Counted from the first letter of the stretch, positions 14,779 through 29,040 are shown. The stretch: 64,000 nucleotides of DNA from Eledone cirrhosa (GCA_964016885.1 OZ024741.1:371008001-371072000); one strand, 5' to 3'. Made by a program: numbers and translations. Notes: generated from the letters alone by a model not told the origin.

Positions 14779-15495
14779 ACAGCACTGTACATGAACATTT
14801 ATATATATAAGAGAGTATTGAAGTTTGCTTGAAGCATTGTGGAATAATAAGGTAAATTTCTTTAAGTCGTTTGGAAGCCTCGACAATGCAGATGGGTAAA
14901 TCTCCGGGTAACAGGATCCGGTGGTAGAGAGAGAGAGATGTAAGTGGGTGTACGTTGAGATGCGTGGCGTGTAAAAGACGTGTAGAGGAATGAAGGATAG
15001 AGCGTAAAGGATAAAAATAAAAATAACAACACGAGAGAGTTACCTTGGGAGAGATTTAATTGTCCCTATATATTTCGAATTCACATCATATATTGTAACT
15101 TTAATAAAATACCCGGGAATCACCGGGTAGCTCAGCTTTTATATATATATATACATATATATATAGAAAATGAGGTAAATATCTCTCTGAGTACTAAGTA
15201 CCCATAGAGATGTATAGGGTGTCTATAATATAACTGTTGTTCTATGGTACTAATTTGAGATACCAGAACTATAAAAATTATATGTATATATATATATATA
15301 TATGAAAACAGGGAGAAAGAGACGATTATTAGGAAGAAAAATATATTTTTTTCCTTTTTTGTTTCTCTCTTTTTTCTGGGTTAGAAAATGATTAAAACGA
15401 AATATTTTACTTTGTGTGAAGTGTTAAGGTATTAGTTGATTTATTTATTAATTAACAATGGCATTTATTTATCTATTTATATATTTAATTATTGT

Positions 15496-15537
15496 CTATT
15501 ACCGGTTTCAGCATTTTTATGCATTATCAAATGATAG
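15496..15537 (-). ncRNA. Minimal hammerhead motif, U3-A8 variant
   Basis: ctatcat-TTGATAA-tgcat aaaa atgct-GAAA-CCGG-TA-atag. Confidence 0.5.
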
Positions 15538-16261
15538 TGAAATGTATTAGTGTGGTGTCACACATGTTAAAGAGAAGTTGCAGAAAGAATAATGTTATTT
15601 ACAAACAAGGTTTATGAAGTGAAAAGAAAAAAGAAAAAGGAAAAAAAACGTGCATAATGTAGAACATAAAAAGTCAATGTGGAAGAAAAAATAATGTTAT
15701 TTACAAGCAAAGTCATTGAAGTTAAGCAGATCAAAATGTGTTAATATAGCAAGAGTGTTATATTATATACTAGTTGAGCTACCCGGTGATTCCCGTGCGT
15801 ATATGTGTGTGTGTGTGTGTGCACGTGTGTGTGTGTGTGTTATTATACGTCCGTACGAAGCTAAGAGGATATGTGTGTGTATATGTAAGTAAAAGAGTGT
15901 GTGTCTGTGTGCTTGTAAGTACAAAACTGTGAGCAAAAGTATGTTAATATAAGGGTGTGTGTGTGTATACAGAGCTGTGAAGGGAAAAGTGTAGCGTGTG
16001 TATTTTGTTGGTCTGTATCAGCTGTAAGAGTATATTTTTCTGACTATAAGAGAGCTATATGAATCTAGGGGTGAATGTACAAGTGCGTGTGCGATAACGG
16101 ACGGGGTAAACGTGACGGAGGAAAATGGTAGAGAAGTAAGCGCGAACGTATGTGTGTAATATTAAAGAAATTGGGGAGGGGAGTTGAGTTCATGAGGAAA
16201 ACAGGATCCAAGGCGGTAAATCCGACACTCTTCAGTCCTGGTGCGCGAGGCCTGTGATTCG

Positions 16262-16387
<126 letters not shown>

Positions 16388-16389
16388 TG

Positions 16390-16743
16390 TGTGTAAAAGG
16401 TAAACAGAAATAACAACACAATCGGTACAGTATATGGAAGGGATATATTAGGTTAACGCTTGATATAGCAAGAAGAGGGTCCTAACGTTTCCGACGCTAG
16501 TTCTTCATCAGAAGAAAGAATGAGAAATAAGAAAGATTGAGGGGACAGGCGGGATGGAATTGGAATAAATGTCTTTAGATAAAAATAACAGGTCCATTCA
16601 TGTTGACATCTCTTGCAAAACTGTTGGTGCTGGCGTTTTGTGTATGATTTATTTTTTAGAAAAGTGGATGATGGAGCACGTCTACCTGAAATGGAAAAGA
16701 AACGTTTTGTAAAAAGAGCTATACTTGAGCACGTGCATAAGCA

Positions 16744-16780
<37 letters not shown>

Positions 16781-16879
16781 ATACGTCCGTACGAAGCTAA
16801 GAAGAAGTGTGTGTGTAGATGTGAGTAAAAGAGTGTGTGTGCATGTAAGTATGACGCTATGAGCAAAAGTATGTTAATA

Positions 16880-16932
<53 letters not shown>

Positions 16933-16948
16933 CGTGTGTGTGTGTGTA

Positions 16949-16990
<42 letters not shown>

Positions 16991-18515
16991 CAGAGCAGTG
17001 AAGGGAAAAGTTGAGTGAGCATATATAGTCGGCATGTATTAGTTGTAAGAGAAGATGTTAATGATCAAGAGAAAGCGATATGAATCTAGGGGTGTGATAA
17101 TGGACGGGGTATTAGAGAAATTGGGGAGGTGAATTGAGTCCAAGAGGGGAATAGGACCCAAGGCGGTGAATCAGACTTTGTTCAGTCCTGGTGCGCGAGG
17201 CCTGTGATCCATGATGTAAAAGGACACACAGGACTCAAACATGTAGGGAAGAATGACCAGGAGAACAGAAATGACAGGCAACAGGAGTATCCAAACCAAG
17301 TCGTATGTCCCGCAAATGTTCGGCATAACGGTCCGCCATACGGCGTCCCGTTTGTCCGACATATAAAGACCCGCAAAGGGAACACCGGAGGGCATAGACA
17401 ACGTGGGTAGATGTGTAGGTGAAGGAATGGCAGATACGGAAAGACCCGTTAGAGCCTGTAAGAGTGGTGAGGGTGGAAATAAAAGGACAAGTGTTGCAGC
17501 TGGAACGGGAACAAGGGTGAGAGCCGGGTGGAGTCGTGGGAGAGGACGAAAAGGAACTGCGAACCAGGAGGTTTCGGAGGTTGCGGGCGCGCTTAAAAGC
17601 AGTAATGGGTGGGTTTAGAAAAAAGAGAGAAGTGACGGGGTCAGAAGAGAGGATACGGAAGGAACAGAGATATGTCACCGGAGTGGTAGGGAGATGGGTG
17701 GTAGGTGAGAGGGAAAGGAACTTGGGTGTTGGAAGGGCGGGGATGAGGTGAGAGGGCTGTGGTGCGGTCTGTTTCACGGGCGCGGGTGAGAGCAGCTTGG
17801 ATCAGGGAGGGGGGTATCCACACTGGATGAAGCAGGAAGCCATGCGAAGGGAATGGGTTTCGAAATCGTCGTCCTGGCTACAGAGTCGACGAAGACGGAG
17901 GAATTGGGAATAGGCTATGGACTGTTTGGTGTGGGTAGGATGGGAGGAGGTGAAGTCAAGGTAAGATTGGGAGTCTGTTGGTTTAATGAAGATGGAAGTA
18001 GAGAGGGTGTGGTGAGAGTGGTTAATAGATAGAGAGATATCTAGAAAAGCGACAGAAAAATCGGAGACAGAGGCGGTGAAATTGAGAGCAGGATGGAAAG
18101 ATTGGACAAAAGAAAGAAAACAGTCGAGCCGTTCTCGTGATAGAGAGGTGGCGCCGATAAGTCGTCGATATAACGACCGTATAGCTCAGGAGTCGGTCCA
18201 GCGTACTGGGAAAAGATCTGGGCTTCGACGTAGCCAACAAACATGTTGGCATAGTTTGGACCCAATCTGGTTCCCATCGCTACCCAGAGACCTGCTGATA
18301 AAATTCCCCAGAAAAAGAAAATCCATTGAGGTTGAGAACAAGCTCAGCCAGACGGAGAAGAGTGGTAGTGCTGGGGTAAGGGGTAGGGTGTAAATCTAAA
18401 AAATGTTGGAGAGCGTGAAGGCCGTCATCGTGAACGATGACGGTATAGAGAGAGGTGATGTCCAGGGTAAAGAGAAGGCACCAAATTTGCACCATAGATG
18501 TAACTTTCTCCAAGT
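16390..18515 (-). mobile_element. Penelope-like retroelement (RT and GIY-YIG, frameshifted, 5'-truncated) with 3' pLTR
   Basis: LDITSLYT, YQQVSG.AMGTRLGPNYAN, RYIDD; VVYALRCSLCGSLYVGQTGR..RYAEH; ORF ends APGLNKV* at 17171; a partial duplicate of the 3' region lies at about 15720-16260. Confidence 0.93.
16480..16514 (-). ncRNA. Minimal hammerhead motif in PLE pLTR (stem II eroded)
   Basis: CTGATGA-agaactagcgtcg-GAAA-CGT-TA-gga; compare the better-paired copy at 50719-50753. Confidence 0.55.
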
Positions 18516-18654
18516 AAGAAAGTGAGGGTATTTTTGTCTACTAAATTTTGTTAAAAGATTAAAGATATTTTATTGTTTATTTAAATATTCACTTCTTTAA
18601 ACTTTTCAAATATCAACACTTTCGGTTAGCGATCGTTTATACGACATTCCTCTC

Positions 18655-18815
18655 TCTTTCTTAGTTTGTCTTTTTAGATAGATACATAGCTATAACGTCG
18701 CGCCCTTATAATATGTCTCTGTATGTCTGGATGCCTGCATTATGAAAACCATTCTGCACATTGACTTCGCTGTGTGTGTATATATATATGTATATATATA
18801 GTGTGTATATATATA

Positions 18816-18853
<38 letters not shown>

Positions 18854-18875
18854 TATATATATATATATATATATA

Positions 18876-18928
<53 letters not shown>

Positions 18929-19400
18929 AGACAGTTTAATTTGTACATTTTATTACAGCATTCCTTTATACATATATATACGTAGTAGCAACTGAGCCCG
19001 GTTGCACCCGGGGCCACTTTTTATTAAGTTAATAATTTGAAAAATATTATTGAAAGTTTATTATAAAGAAGCAGTATCAGGAAAAAAAATAGAAATATAC
19101 ACTTGGGGCTGAACGGTGTACAATGAGAAGTGGAGCGACGTGAAAAGCGTTGTTTAACTGATTGTTTTCAAACTTTACACATGTAATACTTCTGGTCGGG
19201 TGAGTGTTTTGAGCAAAAGATATTTCAAATTTTCAATGCCCTAGGGACCGCATTAGACGATTTAATGATATCTTTATAATTCTTAGTCTGTCTTTTTAGA
19301 TAGATACATAGCTACAACGTCGCGCCCTTATAATATCTGTCTGTATGTCTGACTGTCTCCATTACAACATTATGACGTTACATGTGTGTGTGTGTGTGTG
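18655..19400. mobile_element. Non-autonomous Helitron-like fragments
   Basis: Segments 18655-18745 and 19158-19380 are homologous to 33850-34090; GC-rich hairpin CCCGGTTGCACCCGGG at about 18997. Confidence 0.5.
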
Positions 19401-19576
19401 TGTGTGTATGTATATAGTGTGTGTATATATATATAGAGTGTGTAATGTTTGTCGAAATTTTTACTCTGCCTTCACAGATTGAATTTTTTAGTTTCAGAAT
19501 ATCCCTTTAAGGGTGAAAGCAGCGATTCTTTGCTTAAACTTTAATCTGTTATTTATATATATATATATATATATAT

Positions 19577-21130
19577 GAAAAAGTTTGTCCTCATCAGTGG
19601 CCATCCAACCGTCGTAGGCATTTCGTCGCATTAAAGGCCATATACCTCAGGTTGGTGCGAGCAACGGCTAAAAAAAAAAGTCGTTGGGACCCGTAAATAA
19701 AGGGGACGCTAGGGTAAACAAACAAAATGGTTTAAGCAGCAGAAAGAGAGGAAGAAGGAAACAAGTCCCAGATTTCTATGAATATAAATTCGGTGGAATC
19801 GTGAACGAGAGAATAAAGACCATCAAACCTGGTTGAAATGTGAGCAAGGAAGGAATTTCGCACAGGTCTAACGGGAGAAAGAAGGGGTCTGATCTGCGAA
19901 TTCGGTAAACATAAGTTCTGTGAAGTCGCAGACGAGAGATAGAGAGAAAAAAAATTCATACCGGCTTGGCCAAGTGCCCGCGAGAAAAGGATTGTGGACA
20001 GGTCAAACGGGAAGAAAGGGGAGGAGGAGAGGTAGTGACAGAGAGTGAGTGAGTGAAAGGTGAGGAAAAGGCTAACAGAGAGAGACTGCTAGAAAGGGTA
20101 AAGACACAAAGAACGAAACAGACTGGTGGCAGCGGAGGAAAAAATATATGTGTAAATATGATAATAATGGAGCTGCGGCGCTGCAAATGGGTTACATATG
20201 AAAAAGTTTGTCCTCATTTGATGGTCTTTATTCTCTCGTTCACGATTCCACCGAATTTATATTCATAGAAATCTGGGACTTGTTTCCTTCTTCCTCTCTT
20301 TCTGCTGCTTAAACCATTTTGTTTGTTTACCCTAGCGTCCCCTTTATTTACGTGTCCCAACGACTTTTTTTTAGCCGTTGCTCGCATCAACCTGAGGTAT
20401 ATGGCCTTTAATGCGACGAAATGCCTACGACGGTTGGATGGCCACTGATGAGGACAAACTTTTTCATATGTAACCCATTTGCAGCGCCGCAGCTCCATTA
20501 TTATCATATTTACACATATTTTTTCCTCCGCTGCCACCAGTCTGTTTCGTTCTTTGTGTCTTTACCCTTTCTAGCAGTCTCTCTCTGTTAGCCTCTTCCT
20601 CACCTTTCACTCACTCACTCACTCTCTGTCACTACCTCTCCTCCTCCCCTTTCTTCCCGTTTGACCTGTCCACAATCCTTTTCTCGCGGGCACTTGACCA
20701 AGCCGGTATGAATTTTTTTTCTCTCTATCTCTCGTCTGCGACTTCACAGAACTTATGTTTACCGAATTCGCAGACCAGACCCCTTCTTCCTCCCGTTAAA
20801 CCTGTGCGAAATTCCTTCCTTGCTCACATTTCAACCAGGTTTGATGGTCTTTATTCTCTAGTTCACGATTCCACCGAATTTATATTCATAGAAATCTGGG
20901 ACTTGTTTCCTTCTTCCTCTCTTTCTGCTGCTTAAACCATTTTGTTTGTTTACCCTAGCGTCCCCTTTATTTACGGGTCCCAACGACTTTTTCTTTTAGC
21001 CGTTGCTCGCACCAACCTGAGGTATATGGCCTTTAATGCGACGAAATGCCTACGACGGTTGGATGGCCACTGATGAGGACAAACTTTTTCATATGTAACC
21101 CATTTGCAGCGCCGCAGCTCCATTATTATC
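19577..21130. mobile_element. About 625-bp non-coding unit arranged as one forward copy plus about 1.45 inverted tandem copies, in (TA)n
   Basis: 19577-20217 forward; 20218-21130 is the reverse complement with an internal tandem repeat; ORF track shows near-identical peptides on opposite strands. Confidence 0.85.
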
Positions 21131-21147
21131 ATATATATATATATATA

Positions 21148-21900
21148 AAAGAAATAGGATTTCACTTCAAGCATAGCTTTATACAATATGTATAAATATT
21201 TCGTATCTCCAAAGAAATACAGTTTTAGGAAGCCGTAGCTATGCAAACACCGGGGAGCTAACGCCCTCTGGTGATGTCCAGCAGAAGCAAGGGGGATAAC
21301 CGTCTATGCATTTCAGGCTTAACTGGCTTTCGTCATGACGGTCCCTCCCACCGCTTGCGACTGCTGGACTAGAAAACAGGCGAGAATATATACTTTTCCC
21401 GTCTGTGTAATGAGGTTAACGAAGGCCAGTTAAGCCTGAAATGCATAGACGGTTGTCCCCCTTGCCTCTGCTGGACATCACCATAGGGCGTTTGCCCCCC
21501 CCCCCCCTCCCCCCGGTGTTTGTATAGCTACGGCTACCTAAAACTGTATTTCTTTGGAGATACGAAATATTTATACATATTGTATAAAGCTATGTTTGAA
21601 GTGAAATCCTATTTCTTTTCTATTATAAGTTGAGCCAACTTATGCAGCTTCATATGCAAATGAGATTAATCACCTCATTTACATAGATGGGAAAAATATA
21701 TATTCTCGCCTGTCTTCTAGTCCAGCAGTCGCAAGCGGTGGGAGGGACCGTCCTGACGAAGGCCAGTTAAGCCTGAAATGCATAGACGGTTGTCCCCCTT
21801 GCTTCTGCTGGACATCACCAGAGGGCGTTAGCCCCCCGGTGTTTGCATAGCTACGACTTCCTAAAACTGTATTTCTTTGGAGATACGAAATATTTATACA
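21148..21900. mobile_element. Hammerhead-bearing PLE pLTR/retrozyme-like repeat, inverted plus tandem
   Basis: 21148-21418 is the reverse complement of 21420-21620 and 21665-21900. Confidence 0.85.
21747..21790 (+). ncRNA. Intact minimal type I hammerhead ribozyme motif
   Basis: Stem I accgtc/gacggt, CTGACGA, stem II aggc-cagttaa-gcct, GAAA, palindromic A-TGCA-T, cleavage site UA; the inverted copy at 21299-21342 carries a C3A lesion. Confidence 0.88.
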
Positions 21901-21949
21901 CACACCTTGGTATTATGCCAATACTATATATCATTTCACACCTTTTATT

Positions 21950-22951
<1,002 letters not shown>

Positions 22952-23154
22952 CACCTTGACCGACCGGTCTATCGGGCGTCAATCGGCGCCGCTGGTCACA
23001 GCACGTCGTGCTGTTTTAGCCATAATATAACGGCATCCCTCAGGCATATGACTCCAGTTCCCCAGTGAATTAACAACCCAGCAAGGAACTGGGCATATCA
23101 GAGTATTGACAATATCATACACCTAAACAACTTGTCTATACCATACTAATTCAA

Positions 23155-23209
23155 ACTGCCTGAAGAGGTCACAGCCAAAGATGGCTGTCACTGAAATATA
23201 TATAGCAGT
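23155..23209 (+). ncRNA. Intact minimal type I hammerhead ribozyme motif
   Basis: Stem I actgc/gcagt, CTGAAGA, stem II ggtcacagcca-aaga-tggctgtcact, GAAA, TATATA, TA. Confidence 0.85.
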
Positions 23210-23250
23210 AATAAACGAAGGTAAATTTTAATCATTTGACTTTTATTTAA

Positions 23251-23329
<79 letters not shown>

Positions 23330-23440
23330 TGTAACGTTTTCGAAATATTTACTTCTGTGTTCACAGATTGATTTTTTTAGTTTCAGAAGATCCCGTTAAG
23401 GGTGAAAGCAGCGATTCTTTGCTTAAACTTTAATCTGTTA

Positions 23441-23568
<128 letters not shown>

Positions 23569-24182
23569 TATATTCGTCTACAGATATTTTTGCATACACA
23601 ATAACCAAATATAAACAAACGTATTTATTTCACGAGGCTCGATAAGGATAAATATATATCAAATATATAAGAACCCTAGAGCAAAGGTTCTCAACGGGGG
23701 GCATATGCAACCCCGGGGGCGTTTCGGAACTCCAGGGGGGCGTTTGGGAGCAAGGTTGCGTTAGGGGGGGGGGGGCGTTTGGAGCTGGGGGGGAGGCTGG
23801 AAGGCTCTTTACTTTGGTAAGTTTTATAAGCCATATTTGTATGTCTTTGAGACAGCCAGTGTGAATGCATTTGAATGAGCTTGCAAACAACATAACTATA
23901 GTCTGACCGCAGCTGTGAACAGGTGTGCAGGCGTGTCCGGTAATTGAGACATTAACCGGTAATTGAGATCCTAAAAATGGGAAAACCGACAGTCAACTGG
24001 GTCAAGGACACTTTGAGCGCAGCCAGTTAGAATCTTATCTTTCCTTCACCGATAGCAATGTATTTCATGTCTGAAATTATTGACTCAACCGTAACGAGTT
24101 AACACTATGTAGATCTATTTTATTCCCTATTGTATAAATAATATTACAAATAAAAAAAAAGAAAAGAAAAACAGAAGCGGGT

Positions 24183-24615
24183 AGCACACACACATCTAGG
24201 ACCACATGCAACACATAATCAGATAATACACACATCTAGGACCACATACAACACATAAGCAGGTAATACACACATCTAGGATCACATGCAACCCATAAGG
24301 AGGTAGCACACACATCTAGGACCACATACAACACACAGGCAGGTAATACATACATCTAGGACCACTACAACACATAAGCAGGTAATACAAACATCTAGGA
24401 CCACATACAACACATAATCAGGTAATACAAACATCTAGAACCACATACAACACAATCAGGTAATACATACATCTAGGACCATATACAACACATAAGGAGG
24501 TAATACATACAGCTGGGACCACATGCAATACATAAGCAGGTAATACATACATCTAGGACTACATACAACTCACAGACAGGTAATACATACATCTAGGACC
24601 ACATACAACACACAT
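24183..24615. repeat. About 41-bp minisatellite inside the hAT element
   Basis: Unit ACACATCTAGGACCACATACAACACATAAGCAGGTAATAC, about 10 copies. Confidence 0.93.
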
Positions 24616-24619
24616 TGTA

Positions 24620-25680
24620 TCATGTGCTACGGACGACGCAAGAGCAATGGTCGGCCAAGATAAAGGTTTCGTCACACTTCTGAAGAGAGAAAATCTATCT
24701 GTATTTGCTGTTCATTGTGTCATTCATCGACAACACTTGGCTGCGAAGAAACTCAGCAAGCCGCTGAGCAAGTCCTTTGCAGGTGGCCATTGAGGTCATC
24801 AATTTTATCAAACCGCATTCCCTCAATGAACGAATTTTCCGGCAACTGTGCCAAGATAATGACGAAGAATTCGGCAAGTTGCTCCTTCGTACTGAAGTGA
24901 GGTGGCTTTCACAGGGCAAGTGCCTTACTCACTTCTTTGAACTCTTCGATTCTATCATTGAGTTTCTGCAAGGACGCAACACAGAACTGTACAAGAAAAC
25001 CCTCGATGTGAGGCAAGACTGCGCCTACGTCACCAACATCTTCGACAAATGCAATAGCGTCATTTTGGCTTTGCAGGGGAAGAAGATCATCTTGCTTAAA
25101 GCAAGGAATGCTGTGAAAACATTCCTGGCCAAATTGAATGTCATCGAAAGGAATCTTTGTTGACGGGAATTCTATAATTTTCCTAGTGTCGCCAATGTTC
25201 AAAACATTGTAAGCGATGACCAACTCCAAATTTATACCACTCACCTCCGTGCGCTACAAGACAACATGAGAGAACGGTTTGTCGACTTTTTTGCCGATGG
25301 ACATCCCAATGTGGATAGCAGATCCCTTCATAGCTAGTCGACAATTTGGACGTTAAATTTCAGTAAGAATTCATTGAACTTCAAGCAGATGACATGATCA
25401 AAATTAGATTTCCCAAAATAGGTGAACCCCTTTTTGGGATGCAAGAGGAAATTCAATATTGATTTCCACACCCACATGCAGAGTCCAAGAGATTTGCTCT
25501 GCCTTTTCCAAGCTCATACTTATTCGAGAGGAGGTTTGGTGCTGTTTCCAGACTGCACAGTAATCTCGCAACCGCTACAATGTAATTACACGTGGAGATC
25601 TCCGGTTACATCTTAGGAAAATTCAGCCTCACGTCAAAGAGTTAGCTAGACTCCATGAAGCTCAAGGGTCCCATTTAAAT
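24620..25680 (+). pseudogene. hAT transposase remnant (catalytic region, disrupted)
   Basis: CATDDARAMVG..HCVIHRQHLAAK..VINFIK..N.RIFRQLC..LLLRTEVRWLSQGKCL; stops and frameshifts downstream. Confidence 0.9.
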
Positions 25681-27169
25681 GAGGTCAAAGTTAAAGTAAG
25701 TTGATTTATCCGAAAACTTGGATATGCTCTTGTTACAAAGCAAACTAACAATTTTTTTATTTGTAGTTGCAGTCTGAATGAACTGGTAACCATCTACTAC
25801 AATTCACTTACTCATTTGTTGTATATATTTTACCATTTAATAATAAATATACCCTCCCGCGTGGTCATGAAACCCCTCTTCCGTGGCCTCTAAGCTCACA
25901 AAGCAGAGGGGACATCAAGTTAGATATCAACATTTATTCTGTCCGTTTCATTAAAGGGAAAATTGGAAAGCTTTCAAATTATATAATTGCCACTTTCTTC
26001 CAGATAAGAGCACTCTTGGGATAGACAGAGTTGCTCTTGTATAAATGTTCAAAATAGCTGGTATCGCCTGGTGCGAATATAACAAATTCAACTGGCCCTT
26101 ATTCATAAAAAAGAACATTTATGTTCCTTTTTTTGAAATTTATATATTTCCTTTCAAGGAATATATTTATACTCTCAGCTGCCTGGAATGGTATCTTTGG
26201 AATATTGTTAATCAATTTTTTAGTAATCTACTGATATCAAAATCAGTAGTATATTGAAAAATGGAAAAATAGGGTAGGGGCGTTTCGTGATTTGGAGGGA
26301 CAAAAGGGGGCGTTTGGCCTAAATGGGTTGAGAACCTGTGCCCTAGAGCAAATATTGTACTCATTGCTGACGTATTATCTTCGCTATTTTTCGTTCATTG
26401 CCAGGGAACGTTTTCACGAACCAAAGTATCGTCTTCCTGTTTTCCTTTGTTGCAACGTTTTTCGAAATATTTACTTCTGCGTTCACAGATTGATTTTTTT
26501 TAGTTTCAGAAGATCCCGTTAAGGGTGAAAGCAACGATTATTTGCTTAAACTTTAATCTGTTATCTCAGGCACCCAATTAAGTTAAACCCCTGGTAATCT
26601 ACGACGAATGTTTTTTATAAGCACAAAATGTAGACACCATCCCGAGGCCGAGATATTCCGTACTTCTCTGTACTGTTCAGGAAGGAGGATTAAACATGCC
26701 AATCTATGTTTAGAATCCCGAGCAACACCTGCTAGTACTATATTCATTCTGCTAGTACTATATATTTTCAACAGTAATACTATACTATACATTTTCAATA
26801 GTAATACTATACTACACAGACGGCTCATCGTGTGTTTATCCAAGCGAAGCTAGGTACGTCAACTATATATATATATGGATGCCGTAGAACACACCAAACG
26901 TAGCCGGGCACCAGCCAGACGGGCCAACTAGTGATTTATAAAATTCCATACTATAACGACGAATTGACGGAATGAGTAAGATTGTGTAAATTTTTTTTAG
27001 TTTTATATTTAGAACTGCTCTATTTTCGTTTCTGCTGATTTAATCAACCCGAGCAGAGAAGCAAGACTAAACTTGCATTCAGATTATAAAAGCAGAAGAA
27101 ATAACCTAAAAGCTTTATTTGTCTGACATTTGGTACTAAATACCAAAGGAGAATCAATGTTGTGGAAGA

Positions 27170-28362
27170 GGGCAGTGAATTGGCAGAGTTGTTAGAGTGT
27201 CGAACAAATGCAATGGAGTATTTGTTTATGTCATTTACGTTCTGAGTTCAAATCCCTCAGATGCCAACAATACCTTTCATCCTTCTCGGGTCAATAAAAT
27301 AAAGTACCAGTCAAATACTGGAGTTAATTTAATCAGCTTTATCTTTCCTCCAGCTTTGCTAGCCTTGTGCTTAAATTAGAAATTGATATTTGTTGTGACA
27401 AAAGGTTTGTTTTTGTTTGTTTTTTTATAAAAAAAAAAGGGGGGATTATTTATCGTTTTTCTCGCTCAACTCTCTGGATAATCTGTGATCACAGATTATC
27501 CAGACAGTTGAGCGATCAAAACGATAAAGAATTTAATTGCTTACGATTCCACAATGGGATCTGTAAACTTGATTTAATGCTATCACCTAATAAAAAGATA
27601 TATCAAGGAAGAATCGACTCCAGTATTGGATTGGTACTTTTTTATCGACCTCGAAAGGAAGAAAAACAAAATTATATTTCGGCGGAACATGAACTCAGAA
27701 AGTAATGAGCTGGAGTAAATACCACAAGGTATTTTGTCTTACATTGTAACGGCACTGCCAACTAACTGACTGCATTTTGGAAACTTTAGATTAATAATTG
27801 TTTCATACTAGGCAATTACCCAGTGCATTACTGGTACTTTATTTTATCAACCCCGTAAGGATGAAAGGCAAAGTCAACCTCGGCGGGATTTGAACTCAGA
27901 TCGTAAAGGGACGTAACTATGCTGGAAAGCATGGCGTCCGACGCTCTACTGATACTGCCAATCCACCGCCCTTTAGATTAATAATAACGGGTTTCCTTGG
28001 ATATGTTATCTAAGTATAAGTGTAGTCCAATGACCGAAAACAATAAAAGAATTCAGAATATAATCTTTTATTGAGTCACCCTCTGAACAGATAAAAAGTG
28101 AAGAGAAAAAAATGTTTACGAATATCTTCACTTGCAAACAAACATGCAGCGATTTTACTTATTTAAAAGTATCAGTATCTTTTGTGCAAACTACTTTCAC
28201 CACATTAATTTTTTTTTACCTTATTTATAATTGTTTCTACTTTAGGCACAATGCCAGCAATTACCCAGTGCATTACTGGTACTTTATTTTATCGACCCCA
28301 TAAGGATGAAAGGCAAAGTCAACTTCGGCGGGATTTGAACTCAGATCGTAGAGGGACGTAAT
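27170..28362. mobile_element. Cluster of SINE copies (27170-27390 +; 27620-27770, 27810-27972, 28228-28362 -)
   Basis: Same core and B-box motifs as 3-228. Confidence 0.8.
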
Positions 28363-28969
28363 GAAATACATTGCCTATGATTTTCAATTAATTTTGGAAA
28401 TATTGATAATTTTGAGACATTTAGTAACATAAACAAATGTTTCATTTTTAAGCTGGTGTTTATCACTTAAAATTCTCGGAGACGGGTGTAACAGTAAAAA
28501 ATTAATTAGTTTTAAGTTGATAGATTTGGTTTAGAATTTCGAAGGTGAAACTTATGTTTTTCCTATGATTTTTTATGTGTCGTGGACGAATATGGTCTTC
28601 AAAGCCGTCGTAAATAACTCGTTGTCTGTGGTTGACTCACCGGAAAACTCCATAACACTCGTAGCGGAGACGGGTGTAATAATAAAAATTTACCAGCATT
28701 TTCTTACAAATATGCATGCATGGTCTCGTAACTCCTGGTGAGGGGGGGATGGTAGGGGCACCATATTGACATACTGCGTTTCTATGGCATTATTTAAACT
28801 TTTACTTCACGTTGCTCTTTCTGCCAGGAGTTGCGACAGATATTAGCAATTGGAAAGACCAATGGAAACACTGTTCAGCTTCGAAAGAGGGATGACTCAA
28901 CAAGAGCTCCGATACTAAGGGTATGTGGTGAGAATGTCTCAGAAAAGAATCGCTGGACAGATTTTACAA

Positions 28970-29040
28970 AAGCTCATGGATGTTATCTGGGTCTCCTGTT
29001 GGCAAAACCAACAGGAGACCCAGATAACATCCATGAGCTT
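28970..29040. repeat. Perfect 33-bp inverted repeat with 5-nt loop
   Basis: aagctcatggatgttatctgggtctcctgttgg-caaaa-reverse complement. Confidence 0.97.

Larger units (their letters stand above)
23682..26340 (+). mobile_element. hAT (Charlie/Buster-like) transposon, internally deleted
   Basis: TIR CAAAGGTTCTCAAC / GTTGAGAACCTGTG; perfect 8-bp TSD CCCTAGAG; transposase remnant inside. Confidence 0.95.

Noticed and set aside
23380-23415. CAGAAGA-tccc-gttaa-gggt-GAAA hammerhead-like motif (also about 19495, 26508, 49530)
   Set aside because: Stem II and GAAA are present but the core has U4A and I found no stem I or UH site; not called
24183-24615. Regularly spaced repeats resembling a CRISPR array
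   Set aside because: Intervening sequences are also repeated (no unique spacers), no cas genes, eukaryotic context; it is a minisatellite
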